Source: a virus | Taxonomy: Duplodnaviria; Caudoviricetes | Reading direction: 5' to 3' (one strand) | DNA: 64,000 nt | IMG/VR virus record: IMGVR_UViG_2844571421_000002 | Coordinates: 1-64,000 of that record | Shown here: positions 16,820 to 25,880 of the stretch, one piece after another | Layout: every line of letters starts with the position of its first letter | Numbering within the stretch: position 1 is the stretch's first letter | Notes under the pieces: model-generated | What the model was told of the DNA's origin: nothing | Databases searched by the model: none | What the model saw: the letters and a program-made list of their open reading frames with translations, nothing else | Translations under genes and position numbers: made by a program

Positions 16820-18175
16820 GCCGTCCTTCGTCGCCTCGGCATGCGCTTCCGCCGAGCTGCCCTCAACGGGCGTCGGCGTCTCTCCGGGCTCGTTGGGCTT
16901 CTGCCCCGGCAGCAGCTCCGCGAAGCCTTGCCGCTCCGGGTGAGGCTTGAACCCCGCTTCGACTCGCCACTCGTCGAAGGTGAAGGCGCTCGGGAGCGTC
17001 CCCATCACCCGCAGCCGGTGCTCACGGTCGGCAGGCACGGGAGAGTCGTAGGAGAGAAGCACGTCGTCTTCGAAGCGGGGCGCCAGGTGCTTTTGCATCG
17101 ACGCGAGGAAGACTTCGGCGCGCGGCTTCGTCGCCTGTTCGGCAAGGTGCTCGCGCGCTGCGTAGCTGGTCGCCTTGTTGCTGCTCGTCACGTCGCCCAC
17201 AATCTCCGGCGGCACCCGGTAGACCATCCGCACGAAGTCCATGAGGAAGCGGCGCAGGTCGACGAGCTGCATGTCGCGGAAGGGCGTGTCGAGCCGGGCA
17301 AACGTCGTCCGGCCGCTCGTAATCATCACCCGGCCTGCGTTGGCGGGGCCCCCGTACTCACGCGCAAGCGATTCCTTGAAGGCCCTCGCGGGCCCGGCCT
17401 GAGACTCGTTGAAGCCCTCAATCGCGATGACGGCGCCCGGAAGCATGTTGTTGAAGAAGGCGTTCTTTGTGAAGCGCGCCGCGTGCTCGTCGGTGTCGAC
17501 CTCGTCGCCCAGGGCGTATGCGATGCCGATACCGCGGCCGAGTGGGTCAGCCGGGTTCAGACGCTTCACGAAGATGACGCTCGCCGCAGGGAGGAGGAAC
17601 GTCCGTCCGCCAGCGGCCACCGTGTAAGTGCGCTCGGACTTCGGCTTGCTCAAATCTGGAAGCGCGAGGACGCAATCGGGCGGCACGGGCCACAGGCCCA
17701 CGGGCACGCCCGCCAGCTCTTCGACGACGGCGAAGAACTCGCCCGTCAGGTCGTAGTGCAGACAGAAGAGCTTCGCGAAGTCGCGGCCCGTCATGTAGTC
17801 GTTCGGGTCCGCCAGCAGCCGCAACAGGGGATGGTCGGGCAGCTCCACCGCGCCCCCCGTCTCGACGAGCGACTTCAACCGCTCCCGGCGAATGTCGCCA
17901 CAGGCCCGCCGCAGCGACACGTCGACGAGCGTCTTCCGCGTCGTGGGGTCCTGCCGCGTGAAGGCCCGCCACGTCACGTCCGCGAAGGCATCGCCCACCG
18001 TGTCGACGATAGTGCCGAGCCACGGCATCTCGGCGTAGGCCGCGAGCAGCGCGGGCACCTCCCGACGCGGCGGGGCCGACGCCCAACGGCTCAGCTCCAG
18101 CCCCGTTCCCTTGCGCTTGCCGCTACCGCGAAGCGCGGCGCGCATCCTGTCCAACATCCCCATGGAGAACCTCAC
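16817..18175 (-). CDS. Portal protein
   Basis: 452 aa after TerL; HPLLRLLADPNDYMTG, FFNNMLPGAVI and YRVPPEIVG are typical of HK97-type portals. Confidence 0.88.
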   Translation of the reverse strand: MRFSMGMLDRMRAALRGSGKRKGTGLELSRWASAPPRREVPALLAAYAEMPWLGTIVDTVGDAFADVTWRAFTRQDPTTRKTLVDVSLRRACGDIRRERLKSLVETGGAVELPDHPLLRLLADPNDYMTGRDFAKLFCLHYDLTGEFFAVVEELAGVPVGLWPVPPDCVLALPDLSKPKSERTYTVAAGGRTFLLPAASVIFVKRLNPADPLGRGIGIAYALGDEVDTDEHAARFTKNAFFNNMLPGAVIAIEGFNESQAGPARAFKESLAREYGGPANAGRVMITSGRTTFARLDTPFRDMQLVDLRRFLMDFVRMVYRVPPEIVGDVTSSNKATSYAAREHLAEQATKPRAEVFLASMQKHLAPRFEDDVLLSYDSPVPADREHRLRVMGTLPSAFTFDEWRVEAGFKPHPERQGFAELLPGQKPNEPGETPTPVEGSSAEAHAEATKDG

Positions 18176-19587
18176 ACCGCGAAGAACTGTTCGACGAAGA
18201 CCAGGTCATGCACGCCCCAGCAGAAGGCGTCGGCCCTGTCATCCCTTCGGCCGTTAATCCCCGTGAATTTGCTGAGCTGCGCTTCCAGCTTCGGGAAGGT
18301 GCCGACGAACTCGACGCGGCCCGCTTCGGCCAGGGCGGACACCGGCTCGGCACGCTTGCTCTTCGCGCTCGTCGCCCGCACGGGCTTCACGTTGACGCTC
18401 ACGCCCATTTCCCCGGCAACGGTGCTGATGAGCGTCTCCACCATCTCCCCGCCCGTGTTCACCTCGACGACGAGCGCGTCACAGGCCCATTCGAGATAGG
18501 CCCGAATGGCCGTCGTCGCCCACTCGCGGGGACTGGCCCGGCGCGACAGGTCGGCCAGGACCGAAACCCGCTTGAGCGGGACACCGTCGGCCCCGAAGAG
18601 CGCGCTCGACTTGCAGCCTTCGACGATGATGCCCGTTTCGTCCGAGCCAGTTTCGCTCGTTGGGCTTGGGTCCACGCTGACGATGCGCCTGTCGAGCTGC
18701 TGCGCGTACTCGTGCGGGTCGGCGTCGACACGGCCCCACTTCGCCGAGCCAAAGATGGCCCCAGGCACGTCGAAGAGCAGGCGGCCGAGAACCTCTTGCT
18801 GCCCCCAGCGGGTGTTCGCCAGCGCCCGCATGTTCGCCACGGCCGACGGTGCCAGGTTCGCCGCGTTGCTGAGTGAAGAGCCCGTGCGAAGCACCACGCC
18901 CGGCTTGAGTTCCTGCGTCTCCGCGTTCGCGAAGAGCAGTTCTTCAATCTTCTTCAGCGGGCGCGGCGTCCCCGTCAGAAGGAGCTGCGGCGGGTCCTCT
19001 CGCGAGCCGATGCGCAACACGAGCGGGAGCTGATCGACCGCGGCCATGTCGTGTTTCCAGCTCGCAGGCTCGTCGCCCCAGCCCCATCCTGCATTCGGGC
19101 CGCGCAGCCGGTCGGGCTTATCCGCCGAGTAGCAGATGGCATAGACGCCGTTGGGCCACGTCACCCGGCGCTTGCTGGGCTCGTACTTGGGGGTAAACCA
19201 GGGGGGCGACAGGGCGAGGATGCCGGACGCGCCGCGAATCATGGTGTCGCGCACGTCTGCCGCAGTCGGGCCGATGAGGGCTCCGACGCTCTTCGCCTGC
19301 CACGCCTTTTTGATGACCCAACGCGCGCCGCACCACGTCTTCCCGAAGCCGCGCCCGGCCATGACGAAGCACGTCGAGAACTTGTCCGGGGGCGACTGCT
19401 CGCGACGCGCCCAGAAGTCGAGGTCGTAAACGAGCAGCTCGACTTCCTTGTCGTCGAGCCCACCGAAGAGCTTCGCGAGCTGAGCGCGGGAACCGGCCGT
19501 TTGCACCATCCGGGATGCGGGGGACTCGTGCGGCGCGAGCCCCTCGGCGAACTTCCCCCATGCGCCCTTCGACAGAAGGCTACGCAT
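18172..19587 (-). CDS. terL: Terminase large subunit; start ATG 19587
   Basis: Walker A AGRGFGKT, Walker B WGWGDE, nuclease motifs VSVDPS and DDRADA. Confidence 0.92.
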   Translation of the reverse strand: MRSLLSKGAWGKFAEGLAPHESPASRMVQTAGSRAQLAKLFGGLDDKEVELLVYDLDFWARREQSPPDKFSTCFVMAGRGFGKTWCGARWVIKKAWQAKSVGALIGPTAADVRDTMIRGASGILALSPPWFTPKYEPSKRRVTWPNGVYAICYSADKPDRLRGPNAGWGWGDEPASWKHDMAAVDQLPLVLRIGSREDPPQLLLTGTPRPLKKIEELLFANAETQELKPGVVLRTGSSLSNAANLAPSAVANMRALANTRWGQQEVLGRLLFDVPGAIFGSAKWGRVDADPHEYAQQLDRRIVSVDPSPTSETGSDETGIIVEGCKSSALFGADGVPLKRVSVLADLSRRASPREWATTAIRAYLEWACDALVVEVNTGGEMVETLISTVAGEMGVSVNVKPVRATSAKSKRAEPVSALAEAGRVEFVGTFPKLEAQLSKFTGINGRRDDRADAFCWGVHDLVFVEQFFAV

Positions 19588-20056
19588 CGCTGGCCCCCTT
19601 GTCCTCGAGTTGCTCGGACGGCGCCGCTTCGGCAGGCGGGGACGCTGGCGGCTCGTCCGGGAGGAACTTCCCCAGCCGGTCAATCAGTAGCTCGCGCAGC
19701 GCGGCAGTGTCGGCGGCCTGGTCCTCGGGGCTCTTCGCCTCGACGTTGTCGCGTCGGCCGTACAGCTCCGGGAAGCGGCGGCTCAAGAGCCACTGGACGT
19801 GCTTCGGGTTCGTCGTCGCGGCGGCCTGGAGAGTCTCTGTCGCCCCCTGCATGAACTCCGCTTCAGCCCGGTTCACCGCGACGAAGAACTCGCGGTAGAG
19901 CCCGCGCGCCTCGCTCGCGCCCCGGTGAAACCAACGGGAAACGGTCTGCTCGTCGACGCCTACGAGGCCCGCAGCCGCTCGACGGAAGAGGCCCGAGCGC
20001 AAGTGCTCGCAGATCTGCTGTTGAAGCTCAGGAGTGAGTTTGGTTGGTCGCGCCAC
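19580..20056 (-). CDS. terS: Terminase small subunit (HTH)
   Basis: MARPTKLTPELQQQICEHLRSG...AAGLVGVDEQTVSRW HTH; overlaps the terL start. Confidence 0.8.
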   Translation of the reverse strand: MARPTKLTPELQQQICEHLRSGLFRRAAAGLVGVDEQTVSRWFHRGASEARGLYREFFVAVNRAEAEFMQGATETLQAAATTNPKHVQWLLSRRFPELYGRRDNVEAKSPEDQAADTAALRELLIDRLGKFLPDEPPASPPAEAAPSEQLEDKGASDA

Positions 20057-20061
20057 ACCCG

Positions 20062-20092
20062 GTAAATGCGTGCGGTTTCGCGAAGTTTTTCA
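20062..20092 (-). promoter_or_regulatory. Putative phage-sigma promoter for terminase (divergent upstream hexamer)
   Basis: TGAAAA-ACTTCGCGAAAC-CGCACGCATTTAC, 5 nt before GTG 20056. Confidence 0.62.
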
Positions 20093-20169
20093 GGGGAGCG
20101 CTCAACAAAACGCATCGACCCACGGTTTTTCTCAGAATTTTTCGAAAGTGGGGGCGCTCCGAGCAAGCC
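20062..20169. other. Conserved non-coding block upstream of terS, candidate cos/pac packaging site
   Basis: Near-identical at 61220-61327 while flanking cargo differs; A/T tracts, palindromes TTCGCGAA and TTTCGAAA, inverted repeat GGAGCGC/GCGCTCC. Confidence 0.45.
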
Positions 20170-20265
20170 TAGAATCCACCGCAGAAAGAAAATCCAGGCC
20201 GGGGGGCCACCACCGATAAACCGCTCAGATGGTAAGCCCGGCTCCTCTCGGAGTAGACTTCGACA

Positions 20266-20655
20266 ATGACCAAGTGGGCGAAGTGGAAACAGCGAGCACA
20301 AGAACTCAAGCGCGAAACGGTGGTGCTCGTCATTGCCATGCGGCGCCCAGACGTGCCATGGCATGCGAAGTTGCTGGCCGCGCTGGTGGTGGCTTATGCG
20401 TTCAGCCCCATCGACCTCATCCCGGACTTCATCCCCGTCTTGGGCTATCTGGATGATTTGGTCCTGCTCCCGCTGGGCATTCTCCTCGTGCGAAGGCTCA
20501 TCCCGCCGGCCGTCCTAGAGGAGTGCCGGGCGCAGGTTCAACGCGAGGAGGGCCGGAAGAAAACAAGCTGGGCGGCAGCCATTGTCATTATCCTGTTGTG
20601 GGTTTCACTGGGCATGTTCCTCGTCCGCTGGTGGCTGCACCGCCATCACGCATAG
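20266..20655 (+). CDS. YkvA / DUF1232-family membrane protein (cargo)
   Basis: AYAFSPIDLIPDFIPVLGYLDDL signature. Confidence 0.88.
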   Translation: MTKWAKWKQRAQELKRETVVLVIAMRRPDVPWHAKLLAALVVAYAFSPIDLIPDFIPVLGYLDDLVLLPLGILLVRRLIPPAVLEECRAQVQREEGRKKTSWAAAIVIILLWVSLGMFLVRWWLHRHHA

Positions 20656-20782
20656 ATAGGGGCCACCACTCATAATCTGCCAGACGGTCGACTCAGTCCC
20701 TCTCTGAGTGGGGACAATGGGCAGGCTGCTCGCTCTCCCATTTTCAAAGGGGAGCGGCAATCAGTTTCAGGATTCAACGTGA

Positions 20783-21079
20783 TCACTTGGCAATGATGCG
20801 TGCGTCACATGCCTGCACATCTGCACACCACGCCCGCCAGCGTCGCTGCCATGCCCCATCATCAGTGAGCCGCTCGTCGACCGTTAGCTCGCCGTGCCCA
20901 CGTAATAGGCGCAGGCCGCACAGGTCACACGGCATCGCGTACAGGTTCCGCCGTCGCGTCGCCTCCACGTCCGCGCATGCCATGTGACGAGCGCCAGTCG
21001 CGCGCTCGTAGGTGATGACCTCCCCTCGATCGATAGCGAGTGAGCACACGGCACAGGGGGAGCATCGCGAAGCCAGCAT
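20783..21079 (-). CDS. Small Cys-rich (zinc-binding) phage protein; start probably ATG 21079 or GTG 21088
   Basis: CAVC...HMAC and CDLC...WC...C; directly downstream of the sigma gene; homolog near 62940-63245. Confidence 0.65.
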   Translation of the reverse strand: MLASRCSPCAVCSLAIDRGEVITYERATGARHMACADVEATRRRNLYAMPCDLCGLRLLRGHGELTVDERLTDDGAWQRRWRAWCADVQACDARIIAK

Positions 21080-21089
21080 GACGGGCACG

Positions 21090-21896
21090 CTACTGGTCCT
21101 GTCTGACGAGCACCTCGCGCAGCTCAGCCAGCGCACGCGCGAGCATCCGGTCGACGCGACTCTTCGGCGCGCCCCATGCTTCCGCCACGGAGCGCACCGA
21201 CTGCGCCGGGCGGTTGAGACCGAAGACGCGTGAAACAAGCTCCCGCTGCTCAGTGGCCAGCCGTCGCACGGCGTCGAACACGAGGGCTCGTCGCTCAGCC
21301 GCCAGCAACTTTGCCTCTGGCGTCTCTTCGTCGGCGTCCAGGCACGACATCTCGCGGAGTGCGGATTCCAACTCGTCGACCCATGAGGCATCGGCCGAAG
21401 CACCGTCCGAAAAATGAGACGGTATGTCCATGCGGTGGACTCGGACGACGTTGCGTTCGTTGCTACGGATTGAACGCACGGTGCGACGCTTGTGCCCGCC
21501 GTCGCTCAGGTGAACGTCGGTGCCGTGCAAGCGCGCGTACTGTTCGCAAGCAGCCCGCGCCCGGAAGTAGGCAACCTGGCCGAACGACTGGCGCCCCCTC
21601 GTGGCGTCGTACTTGGACACCGCGCGAAGCACCGCCATGGCGGCAACTTGCGCGAGGTCATCAGGCGACAGCGAGCCCGCGATGGGCAAGAGGGCCCCGA
21701 CGATGCACCGGATGAGGGGTCTCATGGAGTCGATCAACTCAGCGGACAACCGTCGCTCCAGCACTGCGTTGCCGCCCGCGCGGGCCGACAGGATGCGGGA
21801 CACGAGTTCGGATTGCCGGGCCGCCCGAAGGCCATACTCACCGTGTGAAACATGCTTTTTCGCACTACCCTTGCGACAAATGGCTGCGTGAGACAT
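21090..21896 (-). CDS. Phage-encoded sigma-70-family RNA polymerase sigma factor (start uncertain: ATG 21896 or 21920)
   Basis: Region 2-like DDLAQVAAMAVLRAVSKYDATRGRQSFGQVAYFRAR; region 4 HTH LATEQRELVSRVFGLNRPAQSVRSVAEAWGAPKSRVDRMLARALAEL. Confidence 0.85.
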   Translation of the reverse strand: MSHAAICRKGSAKKHVSHGEYGLRAARQSELVSRILSARAGGNAVLERRLSAELIDSMRPLIRCIVGALLPIAGSLSPDDLAQVAAMAVLRAVSKYDATRGRQSFGQVAYFRARAACEQYARLHGTDVHLSDGGHKRRTVRSIRSNERNVVRVHRMDIPSHFSDGASADASWVDELESALREMSCLDADEETPEAKLLAAERRALVFDAVRRLATEQRELVSRVFGLNRPAQSVRSVAEAWGAPKSRVDRMLARALAELREVLVRQDQ

Positions 21897-22025
21897 CGCC
21901 CCGACAGGAGCATGCCGCATGCCGACAACGCTCGATTCACAGACAGTCTCAGACACGGTGATTGAACGCCTCGCCCGGAATGGGCCACACGAAGCTGGCC
22001 CTGCGGCACCACTGCCGCTCCCCCG

Positions 22026-22056
22026 GTAAATGCGTGTGGAATCCGTCAGCGGCTCA
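22026..22056 (-). promoter_or_regulatory. Putative phage-sigma promoter (sigma gene, proximal)
   Basis: TGAGCC-GCTGACGGATTC-CACACGCATTTAC, followed by hairpin GCGGCA-GTGG-TGCCGC (22003-22018). Confidence 0.68.
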
Positions 22057-22100
22057 CGCACGCTCGAAAGTGGCGGAGAAGGCGAGTCGGCATGCCCCGA

Positions 22101-22131
22101 GTAGATGCGTGCGACTTCCGTGAACGGCGCA
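22101..22131 (-). promoter_or_regulatory. Putative phage-sigma promoter (sigma gene, distal)
   Basis: TGCGCC-GTTCACGGAAGT-CGCACGCATCTAC. Confidence 0.6.
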
Positions 22132-22294
22132 GGCATCAACGCCCCGTCATCAATCAAGCTCTCTTCCTATCCTCTCTCCTTCTTCTCTTTAGAAAAGATG
22201 GAGTAGTAGAAAGGAGGATAGGTAATAGAGAAGGCTAAGGATTTGGGGAACGCGCATTGGTGCCGCATGACGCCGGACGCCCTGACGCGACGCC

Positions 22295-22487
22295 TGAGCC
22301 ATTCGCGAAATCCGCACTCATTTACCAGCGGCGGCGCGCACCACCTGCCGCATCCGCCCGGCTGACGATTCCGTGGGCCATTCGGAAAATCCGCACCCAT
22401 TTACAGGGTGCCATGCACGTACCCCACACGCCTCCCGCCTCCATCGCACGCCTCACTGAGCCACTCGCAGAATCCGCACCCATTTAC
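22295..22487 (+). promoter_or_regulatory. Three tandem copies of the putative phage-sigma promoter upstream of primase
   Basis: Copies at 22295-22325, 22374-22404 and 22457-22487 (79 and 83 nt apart); the last lies 6 nt before ATG 22494. Confidence 0.72.
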
Positions 22488-22493
22488 CCAGGC

Positions 22494-24812
22494 ATGAGCC
22501 ACACGCCCGACACCACGCGCCTGCGCGTCCTTCGGCTGAAGGTCGCCTTCTACGCGTCCGCCCAGGACAACATCCCCCAGGCCGCTGAGCTGTCGTGGCC
22601 CGAACTGTCAGCGAAACTCGTCTCACACCGTCGGAGTCAGTGCCCGACGTCGCCCTGTCCGCGAGGCTGCCCCGGCAAGAATGGCCCCGCATGGAGCCCT
22701 GTGGACATCGTCGAGCGACGCCGCTCGGAGAACGTGCGCGCTGTCACGGTGGCGGTGTTCGACCTGGACCACCTCAACGCGCAACAGCTCTCGTTCCTCG
22801 ACGCCGTCGAGCGCAACGGACTGGCCTATGCCCTCCACTCGACGCACAGCAACCGCCCGCCCGACGACTACTGCCTGCGGCTCGCCATGCCGCTGTCTCG
22901 GGCCGTCCTGCCCCGGGAATGGGCTTCGGTGCGCGAGGCGGCCATCCGCATGCTCAACTTTCCGGCCGACCCGGCAACGAAGGACTTGGCGCGCATCTAC
23001 TACCTGCCCGACGCGCCCACGGGTGCGGAGCCCTACGCGGCCAGTGGAGACGGAGCGCCCCTCGACGTCGACGCGCTGCTCGCCATGTCCCGGGCTGGAC
23101 TCCCCACGATGGCGCCCCTGGTGCCGTCCGCGAAGCCCGAGGAACCAGCCGACCTGTACGGGCTGCGGGCCCTACTGCGGCGCATCCGCAAACCCGAGCA
23201 CCTCGCCATCGTCCGCCGAGCCCTTGCCGGTGAGTCCCTGGCCCCCGTCGGCGAGCAGGACACGACACTGAACACGCTCATGTCGTGCGCCGCCTTCGTC
23301 CTGCCGCTGTCCACGCCCGAGGCCGTCGTCATTGAGCTGTTCCGCGCGTCCTTCGCTGCAACGGACTGGCAGGACGGGACGGAGCACCTGTGCGAGCAGG
23401 CCCTCTTGAAGCTGCGGCGTCACCGGGAGCGCCGGAAGGCTCGTGACGCGGGGCGGCTCGCCGACAACACGGCCATCTGGGAAGCCCTGGGCAGTCGCCC
23501 TCCTGATCCCGCGTCGAGCGACGGGCCGGGATTCGAGGAGGACGCTCCCGACCCCGATGCGTGGATGAAGGAACTCTTCCTCGACATCACGAAGGACACC
23601 CGACGGCAGATTCGAAACTGTGAAGCGAACGTCGCCATCGTCCTCGGCAAGTCGCCCGAGTGGCGCGGCGTCTTCCGCTTCAACGAGGTCACGAAGAAGT
23701 TGGAGGTGGAGGGCGGCCCGCTCGGCCCCAACGTGGACATTGAGACGCTCGACGTCCTGGTGGCCAACTGGATTCAGCTCAGCAAGTACGGGCGGCTCGG
23801 GCTGATGCCGAAGGCGCACATCGTCGCGCAGCAGCTCCTCGCCGTCGCGAAGCGCAACAGCTATGACCCGGTCGCCGACTACCTCGCGGGACTCGTCTGG
23901 GATGGAACGCCACGGCTCGACGGGATGCTCGCGACGTACTTCAGCGCCCAGGGGGATGCTCGATACCTCCGGGCCGTCGGCGCGAAGTTCGCCATCTCGG
24001 CGGTTGCGCGTGCCTTGCGCCCCGGGTGCAAGGTCGACACGGTGATGATTCTGGAGGGGCCGCAGGGCCTGCGAAAGTCGACGGCGTTCAGCATCCTGGG
24101 AGGCCGGTACTTCAGCGACGCGCCCATCGACGTCACCAGCAGGGACAGCGCCATGCTCGCCTCTCAGTTCTGGTTCATCGAACTGGCGGAACTGAGCACG
24201 TTTCGCAAGAGCGAGGACCAGGCGCTCAAGGCGTTCATCACCCGGACGGAGGACACCTACCGGCCGCCCTACGGACGCTCCAACGTGCAGGCCCCGCGAC
24301 GCTGCGTCTTCGTCGGCACAACCAACGATGACGACTACCTGCGCGACCCCACGGGACAGAGGCGCTTCTGGCCGGTGAAGTGCAGCCGCATCGACACCGA
24401 CGCCCTCAAGCGCGACCGCGACCAAATCTGGGCCGAAGCCGTCGTGCGCTTCCACCAGGGTGAGGACTGGTGGCTGAGCAACGAGGAAGCGGCCGGAGCC
24501 GAGCAGCAGGCCGCGCTTCGGATGGAGAACGTGGGGGACAGCCGCAAGGAGGTCATCCTGCGGTGGATTCTGGAGATGCCACCCGAAAAGCGACCCTCGG
24601 ACGTGACGCTTCTCCATGTAGGCATCGAAGCTTTCGCGCTCCACCAAGCGCAGGTTGACCACCGGATCTCACGGGAAATCGGCGCGGCCTTGAAGTCGCT
24701 GGGCTTCACCCGGGGCCAGCGCCGAATGGGAGACGGGAAGCGCCCGCTCGTCTACTACGTCCCGGACGAACTAAAGAACGCGCCCATGGAGAAGCGCGGC
24801 GAGCGACAGTAA
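22494..24812 (+). CDS. Primase-helicase (prim-pol-like N-terminus plus VirE/VapE-type ATPase); start ATG 22494, alternative in-frame ATG 22413
   Basis: AVFDLD, HSTHSN and RIYYLP primase-type motifs; LEGPQGLRKST Walker A, IELAELS, FVGTTN and RRFWPV typical of virulence-associated E family. Confidence 0.88.
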   Translation: MSHTPDTTRLRVLRLKVAFYASAQDNIPQAAELSWPELSAKLVSHRRSQCPTSPCPRGCPGKNGPAWSPVDIVERRRSENVRAVTVAVFDLDHLNAQQLSFLDAVERNGLAYALHSTHSNRPPDDYCLRLAMPLSRAVLPREWASVREAAIRMLNFPADPATKDLARIYYLPDAPTGAEPYAASGDGAPLDVDALLAMSRAGLPTMAPLVPSAKPEEPADLYGLRALLRRIRKPEHLAIVRRALAGESLAPVGEQDTTLNTLMSCAAFVLPLSTPEAVVIELFRASFAATDWQDGTEHLCEQALLKLRRHRERRKARDAGRLADNTAIWEALGSRPPDPASSDGPGFEEDAPDPDAWMKELFLDITKDTRRQIRNCEANVAIVLGKSPEWRGVFRFNEVTKKLEVEGGPLGPNVDIETLDVLVANWIQLSKYGRLGLMPKAHIVAQQLLAVAKRNSYDPVADYLAGLVWDGTPRLDGMLATYFSAQGDARYLRAVGAKFAISAVARALRPGCKVDTVMILEGPQGLRKSTAFSILGGRYFSDAPIDVTSRDSAMLASQFWFIELAELSTFRKSEDQALKAFITRTEDTYRPPYGRSNVQAPRRCVFVGTTNDDDYLRDPTGQRRFWPVKCSRIDTDALKRDRDQIWAEAVVRFHQGEDWWLSNEEAAGAEQQAALRMENVGDSRKEVILRWILEMPPEKRPSDVTLLHVGIEAFALHQAQVDHRISREIGAALKSLGFTRGQRRMGDGKRPLVYYVPDELKNAPMEKRGERQ

Positions 24813-24881
24813 GGAAAGAGACCCAAACACGGCCCAATCCCCTCTACGCTGAAGCTCTGCTTAAATTGACCGTGGATGCGA

Positions 24882-25709
24882 TCAGTCGTCACCGTCTTGC
24901 ATATCAGCACCTTGAGACTGCTCGCTTCCAGCATCAACAAGACCATTGTATGCAGCCAAGAGATTCTTCTTTCCTAGATAATACTCAAGCATCGCTTCCG
25001 TCACTTGCTCGTCGGGATTCCCCACCTTGGCGCGCAGATGAGTTCGCAGGCAAAACGCCTTCTCCTTTGGATGCAAAGTCATGAGCCCTACGCCAAATCG
25101 TCCACATTCTGACAGCATCCGCTCGGCCCAACGCTCGAACCTGCCAGGATCCCATGGCAACCCATGCGCCCACTCCAAGATCAACCATGAGCGGTGAAAC
25201 ACAGCACTATGGGCAGCGGCCTCAAACACACCCTTAATACTCCAGTCATGCCATGGCTTGACCTCATAACTGCTCACCTGAACAGCCTTCTGCCTAAGGA
25301 GGGGACGCCGAATTATCGAAATCTGCATAAGATCAGGATTGGTCCATTGGCCGCGGCGCATTCTAAGCATGCTTGTATCAACAAACAGCGTCTCATGCGT
25401 CCCACTACGCGCCTCCAAGGCTGTCTTTACAATAGGGTAAAGGCTCTTTTCCTCCCCCAACCCTTCATAGCTGTCAGAATCATCGTAGCCATCGAGGTAG
25501 GTCTGAATCCCTAGCTCGGTGAGGGCAACTCGGCCTCCCTGGCCTTTTCCTAGTGCAATCAGCCTTTCCCCTCTAAGCGCCTCCAATGTCGCCTCAAACG
25601 TTTCCTCGGTAATGCCCGTGATATCTCCCCGCAACTGAGGGCGCGACACCCACACCGCCGCAACGTAGAGCCGGGAAAGAATGCGCTTCCTAGTATCTCT
25701 GCCACTCAT
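24882..25709 (-). CDS. Winged-helix plus PD-(D/E)XK nuclease, HrgA/COG2958-like (cargo, candidate restriction-type defence)
   Basis: EKSLYP, WTNPDL, SSYEVK, FEAAAHS and CGRFGVGL motif order; AT-richer; opposite to the early operon. Confidence 0.6.
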   Translation of the reverse strand: MSGRDTRKRILSRLYVAAVWVSRPQLRGDITGITEETFEATLEALRGERLIALGKGQGGRVALTELGIQTYLDGYDDSDSYEGLGEEKSLYPIVKTALEARSGTHETLFVDTSMLRMRRGQWTNPDLMQISIIRRPLLRQKAVQVSSYEVKPWHDWSIKGVFEAAAHSAVFHRSWLILEWAHGLPWDPGRFERWAERMLSECGRFGVGLMTLHPKEKAFCLRTHLRAKVGNPDEQVTEAMLEYYLGKKNLLAAYNGLVDAGSEQSQGADMQDGDD

Positions 25710-25844
25710 GGCTATCCTTTCGAAATAGAGTCCGCTCTTTGCACGAACAGTTCCCGGATTGAAGGCACCTGCCCTGGGAGTGTTCCAGCCCTACCTATAC
25801 TAGGCGCGCCAATGAATGGCTGCCCAGGAATTCATAGCGTCTAG

Positions 25845-25875
25845 CGCGCCACTCCTGAAATCCGCACCCATTTAG
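25845..25875 (+). promoter_or_regulatory. Putative phage-sigma promoter for exonuclease-helicase
   Basis: CGCGCC-ACTCCTGAAATC-CGCACCCATTTAG, 5 nt before GTG 25881. Confidence 0.65.
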
Positions 25876-25880
25876 AGAGG

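Noticed and set aside
20727-20759. Hairpin between YkvA and the Cys-rich gene as an intrinsic terminator
   Set aside because: The stem needs two bulges and has no clear U tract; too weak to call.
22295-22487. Three ~31-bp repeats at ~80-nt spacing resembling a mini CRISPR array
   Set aside because: The repeats are degenerate, the same motif is dispersed singly before operons on both strands, and no cas operon is present. The Cas4-like gene at 25881 is a standard phage exonuclease in a replication operon.
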